The position numbers and the translations under genes are program-made. Positions 26,301 through 34,479 of a DNA stretch of 64,000 nt are shown here, in pieces (the first letter of the stretch is position 1; each line of letters opens with the position of its first letter). The DNA is from Orbicella franksi. Taxonomy: Eukaryota. Below the pieces are notes generated by a model. It was not told where the DNA came from. It did not search any database and was given only the letters and a program-made list of their open reading frames with translations. The stretch spans positions 22,072,001 to 22,136,000 of the forward strand of contig OZ116703.1 in NCBI GenBank assembly GCA_964199315.1, read 5' to 3'.

Positions 26301-29300
26301 AGGTATATTAAAGAGGCTCAGTCATGGTTTGTGCATATTGAGAAGTTTAGCCTTAATTTTTCAAATTCGTTGTTTATAATGCGTGTTAATCCTCTCCATC
26401 CTTAGCCATTGTTGTTCCTTTATGGTTTATCATTATATAACTCTTTGGTGTTTTTCTATCTTATTTAAGGGCATTTTCCACAGTTACGGACGTTACATTC
26501 AGAGTCATTTTTGAAACTTTAATCTAGCACAGGCAAAGGATAGGAAGAGATTGTCCAATGTTACATTGCTGATCATGTTTGTGCCTGCTGACGCATTAAT
26601 TGAGTTATAAAAGTTTTCCACTTGACTGGCCTATATTTTAAAATAGAGCAAAAAACACACCGTTACGGATGTTACATAAAAAACAACCACATGAGCCAGA
26701 GCACTGGTATTAATGGAAAATTCCTGTGAAGTGTCAGGGCTTATTGCATGAACTGCTCCAAATATTTGAAGTATAGTAGTTGTGTGAACCAAAAAGCTTA
26801 ATTTAATTTAAACTGGCTTTCGCAATTATATAATGCTATGTGAACTTTAACGTTACGGATGTAACAGCCAATGTTACGGACGTTACACTGTGTGAATTAT
26901 TATAAAATGCACACAATAAATCAGCTTTTTTTGTATTGTTGGCCACAGTTTTTTGGACATATAAGTTTAAAAAGGCTTGTATTTAACATTTTATAAATCA
27001 AACTGGTTGGTACTTTATGTTAAAGGCGTGAAATGTCCCAACACAGTATGAAGGACACTACATTCATTTTACATAATGTACTCAGCTTTGAGCATGCTCT
27101 TTGCAAACTATCTGAGCCCACAGACATATACTGGACTCCAGTGAATATAATTAATTCCTTCTCTAAAACACTGCTTTCTTTGAGAATTCACATATCCAAA
27201 AATGCGTTTAACTATGGCAGAAAGAGTCCGAAATCACAGAAAAAAAATCAAAGAAAATGCAGAAAAGCATGCAGCACATAAAGAGAAAGACAGACTTAGG
27301 AAAAGAGAAAGTAGAAAGAAAGCTGTTGATCCAAGAAAAGCTGAACTTGAAAGAAAGAAGTGTAGGGAAAGAGTGCGATTGCACAGGCTTAAGAAAAAGT
27401 TGTCTGCCTCACATGTACAAGATCCTGGTGACACTCCTGTAAGCTATGCTTACAAAACTCCACAAGCACTGGGTAAAGCAGTACACAAAGTTTCACCATT
27501 ACTACCAAATAGCCCAAGGAAACAAAAAGCTGTAATCGAAAAGATTGCAAAGTCACATGGACTTCCACTTTCAAGTGAACACCAGAAATCCACTGGCAAC
27601 AAGTGCATTGCCAAGTCCACAGTTAACTGTGTTTAAGAATTTTACTACCGAGATTCCATTTCTCGACAAGCACCAGGGCGTAAAGACTATGTTATCATGA
27701 AAGAGAATGGGAAGAAGTTGAAACTACAAAAGAGGCACTTGATGTGGTCACTGAAAGAGACATTTGGACTGTTTCAGAAAGAGAACCCTCAGGTAAAGAT
27801 TGGCTTCAGCAAATTCTGCTCTCTTAGACCAAAGAATGTTCTGCTGCAAGCATTCATGCCACGGCAGGTTTGTCTCTGCCAGTATCATGACAACGTGAAG
27901 TTGCTCTGCGAATGCCTCACAAAAGAAATCCAAAGTTTTCCTTCCTACTCTGCAGCATTTGTTGATAACTTTGTCTGCGATAGCAATAAAGAAGAATGCA
28001 TGATGAGCAAATGTGGTTCATGTCCAGCCTGGCTTGATGCAGTCAAGGAAGATGCTGCTCTGGATGAAATTGTTCAGTGGCAACAATGGGAGAGAGTTTC
28101 TCATCAAGTTCAGTCCAAACAAGGCAAACCCAAACTGGTGAAGAAGATGGAGAAAGTCACCAAAGAGGGAATTGTTGAAGAAGCCTTGCATTCTCTTCAA
28201 AGTAAAATGCCTTCATTCTTGGAGCATGTTTTTGTAAAGAGGAAACAAGCAGAATTTTTTGAAAAACGCACAGCCAGATGAAGCTGTTGTCCACGTTGAT
28301 TTTGCTGAAAATTATACCTGTCAGCATCAAGACGAAGTTCAAGCAGCGCATTGGAGTCAGCAACAGGTTACACTCTTTACTGTTGCAATTTGGACTAAAG
28401 ATTCGGATGACAACACAAAGTGCAGTTCACATGTTATAGTCAGTGATGACCTCGACCATGACAAGAAATCAGTTACTGTTTTTATGGATATTGTGGTAAA
28501 CAATTTTGTCAAGAAAAATTTTCCACAGGTTAAAGTTGTCGACATCTTTTCTGATGGGCCCACCTCCCAATTTAAAAACAGGTACATGGCTGGCTTCTAC
28601 CATACTCTTCAGAGAAAGGGACTAAAAATAAAGTGGCACTTTTTTGCCACTTCCCATGGCAAAGGAGTGGTTGATGGCTTGGGAGGAACAGTAAAAAGGA
28701 TGGTGTGGACTGCAGTATCCACGAGGAAAGTGGCAAATGTGCAGGACGCAAAATCCTTTGCAAACGTTGCAGCACAATTCTGCAAATCAATCAACATTCA
28801 ACTATGTCTTAAGAAGGATATTGATGAATTAGGCAGTGGTCTTGTACTGGACAAATGCTTTCAAAAAGCCACAGCTATCCCAGGAATTAGCAAGGTCCAC
28901 TGCATAGCACCAGCAGAGAATGGTCAAGTACATTGTCTCCTTTATTCAAGTCAGCTATCTGTTCTTCATGAGATTGAACGATCAAATGATGCTGAAGAAA
29001 CCTGTAGTGACTCAGTCAATGAAATAACCAGATCTGAAGTCAGTGACGGTTCCTGTAACAACAGTGGGGACAGTGGGGATGAAGAGAGTAGTGGCGATGG
29101 AGGTAGTGATGGTGATGTTGCTGATGATGAAGATGACACGCCATTGTGCACATATGCTACATTACCAGCTGACACACCTATGACTGATGAAGAGGAAATT
29201 ATTATTCAGATACAGCAAGGCTTGCCTGACCACATCAGGGCAATTCTTAATGACCACTGCACTGAATTCCAAATTCCTCCATTCAGCAGTCTAATGGCAG

Positions 29301-32300
29301 GGCTAATTATTAGTGAAGCCATTGACTTTAAGGGTGATCCCTTAATTGACATAAGGGACTTGAAAGAGCTCGAAGGAAAAGCTGTAGAAGATGAATCAAA
29401 GTGGGTTACAAATTTTATTGTTGATGCATATCTACAGCTAGTCAAGGCTGAAAGTGCTCAAAAGGGTGTTAAAGTGGAAATTTTTCGATGGGAAGAATTT
29501 GAAAAGCTGGTGCAAAGGCAGACCCTGAAAGATCCTCTGACAGACAAAGATGACCTTTTCAAACAAGATGCAGTTTTCTTTCCCTGCAATGATACTGAGG
29601 GTGAACATTGGTTCCTTGGAGTGATGTTTCCTCAGGAAATGTGTATCATAGTGTTCGACAGCTTGCCAGGTCAGTTTGTTAAGCCAACTGTCTTAAAGCG
29701 AGTGGAAATGATGGTGTCACTTCTTTTGAAAGCTGACCGGTCGACTGATGTCAGCCAGTGGTCTTTCTATTCAAACAAGCCTGGTGAGATTCCAGAACAG
29801 AATAATACCTATGACTGTGGAATTTTCAGTTGCCTATATGCAAGATGTGTGGCTACAAGATCTGTGATGATCCCTAAAACTGAGGTTCTGGCATACAGGC
29901 AACTGATGATCCAAGAGTTGCACCAGAAAAGCCTTTGCCCAATTCCACCACCAACTATTCAACCAGGGGAATACTATGCAGTTGATTACGTCAAAACCTA
30001 TTATTTTGGGAGAGTAATGAAGAAAAGTGGCAGTTTTGTAGAATTCAAGTTCCTGCACAGAAATAGTGCCAGTACTTTCCATTGGCCTAGACGAGATGAC
30101 GTGGACACAGTCCACTTTTCAAACATTTTTTCTGATCCAGTAACTGTTCCCCAATTTATCAGTGGGCCTTTTGAAATTCCGGAGCTGCCTGCTGTGGAAA
30201 AACTTTTCAAAGTTATAAGGAAACACAAGAAAGTTTGAAAAACTATCAAGAGAAATAACTGTTTAACCAGAATACTAATTCCATTGATGTTAGGTGCAAC
30301 AAGTTAATGTTTAAAAAGACAAATTGTCTTTGAGTGTAATGTTTGGGTTCTTGAGACTTTTTCAAATGTAAGCTTCAAGAATTGTAACGTCCGTAACGTA
30401 ACGTCCGTAACAAAGTTTTCTTACCATTATTTGGAAAATGTTGCAGTTTTTCAGGGACTGCTTTTTACCAAAGTGTTTCTAAAGAATATTTAGCTTTGTG
30501 GCAGAAATATCTTTGAAATCTTTTAAATAGTTATTTTAAGAATGGAAAAAGATTGTGTAAACATTACGGACGTTATGTAACGTCCGTAACAAAATTTACT
30601 TTGTTAATAACTATTTTTTTTAAAAAGTTCAGGGTGAAATTTATATTTTTTATGTATTAACTCCTTTGAGGTATTTCTTCTGATATAACTGTTTGTAGAC
30701 ACAAATCATTTCCAAGTTTTATATAGCAAGTTAAAAATTTGTCTCTCACCTATTGTTTATTATTAAAAAATAAACACTTACTTTGGAGACCCCCCCTGAA
30801 TGTGTTGCTATCACAAGCAAACTGAAACTTATTTTTCTATGTACTATAACTTGTCAACAACATAGTACAGGGTATGATTTTAAGTCCAACCACTTTTTAA
30901 AAATCTGGATTTTTCACATTCTCACATGGAATTGCCCTTAACTGCTATTTTCAGGTTTCCTACCATTTAGGTAGTTGTGTATGTGGCCAAAATAACTCAA
31001 AATACCTTGACTGAGCTCCTTTAAGACAAAAATGGTAATCATAACAATTTAACACTTTGCTTAATTTCCGACTTGATCAAAACTCACTGAGGTTGTAGAA
31101 CGGCCCCTTGTATCTGTTTGTTGCTGAGAACTTGAACCAAATATGTCATCTAGAGACGACAAAAAAAAGAGCAAGATGTGAACTTTATATTTTAATTGGT
31201 GACAAATTTAATATATAATTATTACAAAGAATTATAGTACAAATGGGTCAAGCATCCCTGCCAATTAATAAAATTAATAATTTGATTTCATTTTTTTTAA
31301 CTTTCACCTTTTAATTTTAGCATATTCTTCACTGAGACTTCACAGTACTACCTACTGTGTATTAGTATAAATCTACTAGCGTTCTATCATGAATGTCATT
31401 CTCTGACTGGTTACGCTACTCACTATCTATTCTGTGATATATAGTGAGTAGCGTGGCAGTGTGCCCTTGTTAACAAAATTATGGCCGCTTCTTGTTGTTT
31501 TCAAACTGTCTATGAAGAGGATTTAGATAAAGTTTGAATGACTACTAGTTTTCTACTAAAACAATTAGATTTCTTGCTCTAGATTTCCATGCGTGATAGT
31601 TGACTCAGGCTGCACCCTCATCAACTATCATGCAATAGAAATCTTGAGCTCATAATCTAATAGTTTAATACATAACAAATAAAACATCAAATTTGAACCA
31701 AGTACTAGTTAATAATTATCTGGAGTGCTTGGTCTTAAAATCCTGGCTTTAGATGACAAAGTTGTGCTGTGCTGTGGGTTTTTGCTCACAAACCTCAACA
31801 TTTTTCAAACCTTTGTTTAATCCACAATTTATTGTGTGGAAATAAAGAAACTAGAAAAATAAACTTGAAAGCTTACCATCATTACCACCCAGAATGGAAT
31901 CTAAATCCTGATCTAATGCTGCTCGGCCGGAAGCTGGAAATATCAAATGTAAAGCTTACGACACAATGCCTACCATACTGTTGATATCACCAATTTAACC
32001 CTTTCTCTCTCAGTGTTAAAGGGACACAGTCAGCTGTGGGACCACGCTGACCTGGACACTAGTTTTCTCACTTTGAAAAAAGCCCACCTCAACCTGAAAT
32101 CAAAGTACATCTAGAAATCTGCGTCAATCTTTGCACTGTTTGCTTGATTTTCAATAGTTTACTGAAAAACCTGTTTTTGAGTGCGTTTTTGCTCATCCTA
32201 TGATATCATTTTTATCATATTTGGTTAAAAAAAAAGTATGGATTGCATCTCTGTGATGTGCAAATTAGCTATGAAACGGAATCTAATGCGCATCTGTGCC

Positions 32301-34424
32301 AGCCAACTGTGTCCCTTTAAGACATACAGTGTAACTAATGGCATATTAATTTTGAGTCTGTGGATGAAATGGCAGGTATAAGCAGTTGCTTATTAAGTAA
32401 AACAAAATAGTAGTCAGCAGTGTTTTCTTACAGTATTCCCTAGTTTCCAAGTACACTCTTTAAAAAAATTGTTACATCTGCTTTTTGGAATACAACAGGA
32501 AACTTGATTTTATAGTAGAATCCTAATTTTTCAAACCTCCAAGGGAAATGAAAATCGGTTTGAAAATTGTGGGTAAACAACCAAGCCATCCAGTTGTCAA
32601 ATATGTTTGCTAACCAGCTATTCCCTTACATTTTACCAGTTTGCCACGATGTACATCAATACATTAACGGCAAGCAGCAAGTTTTCAGTTGGTTTCCAAC
32701 TTAAATTTATGTTAATTTTCTGTTTGTTTTGATCACTAACTTGAAAGGCCGTGTGCCAACATTGTTTCTCTGTATTTTAGATTTAAAATGGTCAGATACT
32801 TGGGCCAACAGCTTAGCTGCTGATAAGTTAAACACCTAACAGCAGTTAAGTTGCCTGTCCAAATACGACTCCAGTTTTTTTGGGTTTTTTTTTTTCACCA
32901 TTACAGATTTTGTTCCAAAGAACAAGGTTACAGGTGGATCAGATATTATGTAAATAGCATAGCTAGATCTAAAAACAGATAAAAAAACTATCTAAAAACA
33001 GTCAAACACTTGGCCTGACAACTTAGTGGCTGAAAGGTTAAACTCCTTCTGCAGTTAAGTTGCCTGTCTAACTACGACTCCAGTTTTTTTTTTTGTTGTT
33101 GTTGTTTTTTTTTCACCAAATACTGATTTTGTTCCAAAGAACAACGTTGCCTAATCAGATATATATAAAGAGCATTAGATAGATCTAGATACAGTCGAAC
33201 CTCCGGTTGCGACCACCTCTCATGAGGAACCACCTCTCCTCAGCGACTAGTTTTTCCAATATACAAGTACCAGAGGTTTCCAAGTCAAATCACTGTATTT
33301 CGAACCTCTTGTAGGCAACCACCTCTCGTAAGGACCACAACCACTTTTAGAGCTGAAAGTTTGAAATTTTCTTTTGTTTTTAACCTCCCGTAAGCAACCA
33401 CTCGACAGATAATACAGCAGAAATTCAATAACAAGGTGTTGTACCATTCAAGATGTCGTAATCTTCTATGCAATCACCTCTTGTAAAGTGACCACAGCCA
33501 CTTTTAGAGATGAAAGTTTGAAATTTTCTTTTCTTTTTAACCTTCCATAAGCAACAACTTGACAGGTTTTGTAACATTTAAGATTCAGTTTGTAACTATC
33601 ATGAGACTTGTTCTGTTTGCCTTATTAGGTAGTTAATCAGAAAAGAAGCATGATACTCTAGATAAATACTTTGAAAAGCTTTAAGATCTTTTTGGCTACT
33701 ATAAGTTATTGCATGGGTTTAGATGGGCATTGGCAATGCAATGCACAGGCAAGAGCTTCTTTTTGCATTGACAAGCCGACAACTTCTTGCAGGTTGCTCA
33801 CCATACACTAGTGTGGCAAAATTTTGACCCAGTATGGTCTAAGCTCTTGTAAGCCACCACCTTCTGTAAGCGATCACCTAAGCTTGACATTTTGGTTGGT
33901 CTCTAACAGGAGGTTCGACTGTACTGATAAAAGAAAACTATTTAAAAGTAGTCAAATTCCCCAGCCAACAGTTCGGTCAGTGTAAGACGCAGACTGCAAA
34001 TTGCAGACTGAGGGTTAAATGCAGACTGCAGACCAGGGGTACAATGCATTTTATCCCCGCTCTGCAGTTCGCTGTCTGCGTTTTACATTGACCGAAGAGC
34101 AATTAGGTTAAACTCGTAACAGTAGTTAAGTTAACGTTGCCTGTCCAAATAAATCCAGTTATTTTCAACATTACAGATTTTGCTCCAAATTCCAAAGTTG
34201 TCTGATCAAATTCATAACTACTATTAACAGATTAAGTACAAACAGCAAAATAGTTTTTATATTACCCGCGCGTCCTACGGCTGAACGACGGCCGGACCCT
34301 GCTACAGGGAAGGTATCGCCACCCTAAGAAACGGAACAAAATCTCAATTAATTTTCCCAGAATCATTACTTCCAGTGTCTTTTACTTCTATTTAGACTCA
34401 TTTTGTACTTCTTACCCTTCTCAT
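395..34424 (-). CDS. FBF1: Fas-binding factor 1 (centriole distal-appendage/transition-fibre protein), multi-exon, 3' end beyond window start
   Basis: Phase-consistent GT-AG exons: 34424-34416, 34323-34266, 31933-31877, 31149-31088, 25720-25689, 25153-25075, 24654(or 24657)-24610, 23970-23790, 23366-23274, 22043-21924, 21826-21587, 20924-20724, 19998-19840, 18736-18407(or 18413), 17925-17845, 5155-4997, 4884-4728, 4487-3557, 3222-3122, 2071-1554, 1442-1279, 553-395. The peptide matches recalled vertebrate FBF1 motifs: DEDDPLAGLLSDE, FQFGGYMPS, DWLGL, VRRLELEREQ, KTLEDSYQRRE, SAATSAHAHTKSL, EQTRQVDQERWR. Confidence 0.9.
2094..2420. mobile_element. tRNA-derived SINE-like repeat in fold-back (palindromic) arrangement, with 13-bp TSD
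   Basis: Perfect 124-bp inverted arms (2096-2219 and 2251-2374) around a 31-nt loop. A tRNA-like cloverleaf lies on the minus strand at 2239-2168 (GCTCAGTTGGT D arm, GGGTTCGAATCCC T arm). AATGAAAGGTAGA is repeated at 2081-2093 and 2421-2433. Confidence 0.85.
4494..4600. repeat. (CAAT)n/(CAGT)n microsatellite
   Basis: Visible tetranucleotide repeats in the FBF1 intron next to exon 18; a similar tract is at about 20490-20600. Confidence 0.8.
5575..5815 (+). mobile_element. Degenerate SINE copy with conserved central domain
   Basis: Contains AACCTGCGATGGTCTAGCATTCCATCCAGGGG followed by CCTGATGAGCTACT. A related 3' fragment is at about 14520-14632. It resembles the core of widespread cnidarian SINEs (recalled, not searched). 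Confidence 0.5.
6194..7126 (-). CDS. Intronless class A (rhodopsin-like) GPCR, cnidarian-expanded melanocortin/adenosine-receptor-like orphan group, copy 1 (310 aa)
   Basis: Seven hydrophobic segments; TM2 SLAVSD, TM6 CYLP, TM7 NSSLNPVIY. The DRY-equivalent is DGL (Arg lost). Confidence 0.9.
   Translation of the reverse strand: MRKSACELLLQTFPKIIEFADLRLTYIGNCVVNIFLSYTAVMLNIVTIHAIRKTSSLPKTLKTLLVSLAVSDVGVGLLGQPFYTSLLVKWLQQNNPGCNIYMVFISIISVFSLASFLSVVALSVDGLLAIHLHLRYQELVTQKRVVAGVISIWLLSVFVPLMVFWIPPDIYSPIILFLGVIGLLVTTVAYIRIYVAVQRHRNQIQSLQVQQVAENSEMAIFVSLIKSAVGTFYVYIVFLVCYLPFTISLVVHNIGGPNIEFKRILLYSWTVMYLNSSLNPVIYCWKMRHIRHAIMDILRKMSWFRNRVSQ
7240..7458. repeat. Local tandem duplication (about 110-125 bp unit) upstream of GPCR copy 1
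   Basis: TAGTTCTTC...AGTAAACGAAGT.TTTCCGCAACAAGTCAATTCAG...TTGTCATAAAATA.AGTTAA occurs twice in tandem. Confidence 0.75.
8949..9154. mobile_element. MITE with long TIRs and 9-bp TSD (Mutator-like by TSD length)
   Basis: TIR CAATCTCGTTCCCAGAGTCTTCGTTCCCC / GGGGAACGAAGACTCCGGGAACGAGATTG; AATAAATAC at 8940-8948 and 9155-9163. Confidence 0.8.
10505..10690. repeat. Palindromic interspersed repeat (MITE-like)
   Basis: Inverted segments CCTCGACTGTGCTC...GAAGCGGTAGAGCAC / GTGCTCTACCGCTTC...GAGCACAGTGGAGG. Confidence 0.6.
11057..12004 (-). CDS. Intronless class A GPCR, copy 2 (315 aa; start could be the second Met at 11995)
   Basis: 7TM pattern; NLAVTD, VDRFLAIHLHLRY, CYLP, SSSLNPVMY. Paralogue of copies 1 and 3. 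Confidence 0.9.
   Translation of the reverse strand: MDVMENSSCELLTLSYPNVSEVENLRWTILVNFMLNIFLSYTAIMLNVVTIHAIRKTSSLPDTLKTLLLNLAVTDVGVGLIVQPVYTSLLVKWLQQNGEDCNFRHAFVMISSTFCLASFLGVVAVTVDRFLAIHLHLRYQELVTHKRVFVVVISLWLLSVIFPVVVLWLLSDMYSLMTFTLGIAGLFLTTLVYIRIYLTARRHKNQIQALQVQDLDENKEMARFASLVKSAVGIYYVYLVFLICYLPFLICLVATEMNGPTIPLKSWFIFSLTFIFLSSSLNPVMYCWKMRHIRHAIVDILRNMPCLRNRVFQLS
12114..13229. mobile_element. 1.1-kb non-autonomous DNA transposon with (GATGGAC)n subterminal arrays and 7-bp TSD
   Basis: TIR GGGCATGTGCTAAAACCCAGACGGTGGA / TCCACCGTCTGGGTTTTAGCACATGCCC. Heptamer arrays lie inside both ends in opposite orientation. GTTTTTT at 12107-12113 and 13230-13236. Confidence 0.85.
15289..16245 (-). CDS. 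Intronless class A GPCR, copy 3 (318 aa)
   Basis: 7TM pattern; SLAVSD, VDRFFAIHLHLRY, CYLP, NSSLNPVIY. Has a 6-aa insertion at the end of TM4. Confidence 0.9.
   Translation of the reverse strand: MKKSLCELLMQHFPEASDAEELRSTYIANCLFNSFLSYTAIMMNIVTIHAIRKTASLPKTLKTLLLSLAVSDIGVGLLVHPFYIFLSVKWLHQNPPGCNTYMAFSIISLSFCFASFLGVVALSVDRFFAIHLHLRYQELVTHKRVVAVVISIWLLSVIFPGAASKALMLLWLPFDVHSVIIFTLGLLYLLLTTMIYIRLYLTVRRLRNQIQAQQIQQAVQTGEMGNFVSLMKSAVGIFYVYLVFLICYLPYLTSLVAFEINGPSFSLKSFWFYSWTIVYLNSSLNPVIYCWKMRHIRHAIMDILRNMPLLRNRVSHLS
16883..17222. repeat. Interspersed repeat with internal inverted repeat
   Basis: AATAAACAATAGCCTCCATTTAGCACGAAAATATGCTC ... GAGCATATTTTCATGCCAAATGGAGGCTATTGTGTTTATT, followed by a TAGACCAATCGCGCGCGAG tail. 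Confidence 0.65.
20145..20395 (+). repeat. Left arm of an intronic inverted repeat pair (partner 22108-22372)
   Basis: The core of about 93 bp (CTTCTTTTGTTACTTTGTGAAAGG...GGAGTAGACAAGTT) is the exact reverse complement of the segment around 22129-22222; flanks are more diverged. Confidence 0.85.
22108..22372 (-). repeat. Right arm of an intronic inverted repeat pair (partner 20145-20395)
   Basis: AACTTGTCTACTCCTTGAAAACACATGACATTCATACCGAATG...GTAACAAAAGAAG is the reverse complement of the left arm. Confidence 0.85.
26060..26290 (-). mobile_element. Degenerate Penelope-like element GIY-YIG endonuclease fragment
   Basis: Translation HVGEAQQHLTIQIQEHLFTVKNFHTF...ESCGALCSEDCFSTLDT resembles the PLE GIY-YIG C-terminus (YVGETTRHL.TRIREH...SHIF...CFSILD); it is frameshifted. 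Confidence 0.6.
26469..30937 (+). mobile_element. 4469-bp cut-and-paste DNA transposon, Sola-like (best fits the Sola2 group)
   Basis: TTAA TSD at 26465-26468 and 30938-30941. Imperfect TIR GGGCATTTTCCA / TGGAATTGCCC (GRG...CYC termini as recalled for Sola2). Subterminal GTTACGGA(C/T)GTTAC motifs. Transposase motifs FSKFCSLRPK, CxCxxH, VDFAENY, FSDGPTSQFKN, ATSHGKGVVDGLGG. Confidence 0.75.
27202..30238 (+). pseudogene. Disabled transposase: basic N-terminus, DDD core, acidic linker, Ulp1/SENP (C48) protease, Tudor/SH3-like C-terminal domain
   Basis: One reading frame broken by an in-frame TAA at 27634-27636 and a +1 frameshift near 28260-28270. Putative catalytic Asp codons at 28298, 28553, 28673. 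Protease residues His 29606 (EHW), Asp 29657 (FDSL), Gln 29798, Cys 29816 (QNNTYDCG). Confidence 0.8.
32795..34245. repeat. Three degenerate local copies of a roughly 200-bp unit in FBF1 intron 2
   Basis: CAGTTAAGTTGCCTGTC.AA...CCAGTT...TACAGATTTTG.TCCAAA recurs at about 32840, 33050 and 34120, separated by MITE insertions. Confidence 0.65.
33972..34096. mobile_element. Short MITE
   Basis: TIR TTCGGTCAGTGTAAGACGCAGAC / GTCTGCGTTTTACATTGACCGAA with internal GCAGACT repeats. Confidence 0.7.
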
Positions 34425-34452
34425 TCCATCAGAATCTTCAAACTTTCCAACT

Positions 34453-34479
34453 TCAAATTACAACCGGAAGATCCGCCAT
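34453..34479 (-). promoter_or_regulatory. FBF1 5' leader: YY1-type AAAATGGCGG motif opening an 8-codon uORF (MADLPVVI*)
   Basis: Minus strand reads CCAAAATGGCGGATCTTCCGGTTGTAATTTGA, with its ATG 55 nt upstream of the inferred FBF1 ATG at 34424. The AAATGGCGG core is the established YY1 motif common near housekeeping-gene TSSs. Confidence 0.5.

Larger units (their letters stand above)
26306..31024 (+). mobile_element. TTAA-flanked MITE split in two by the Sola-like transposon
   Basis: 26306-26468 and 30938-31024 together reconstruct the family also seen at about 14135-14330, 46030-46560 (inverted) and 48510-48700 (...TCTTTGGTGTTTTTCTATCTTA|TTAA|CTGCTATTTTCAGGTTTCC...CTGAGCTCCTTTAA). Confidence 0.7.

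Noticed and set aside
28250-28285. Programmed ribosomal frameshift joining the transposase ORFs
   Set aside because: The required shift is +1, a -1 slip at the T run meets TGA at once, and an upstream in-frame TAA (27634) already shows decay.
26469-30600. CRISPR-like array from the GTTACGGACGTTAC repeats
   Set aside because: Spacing is irregular, orientation is mixed, there are no cas genes and the context is eukaryotic. The repeats are explained as transposon subterminal motifs.
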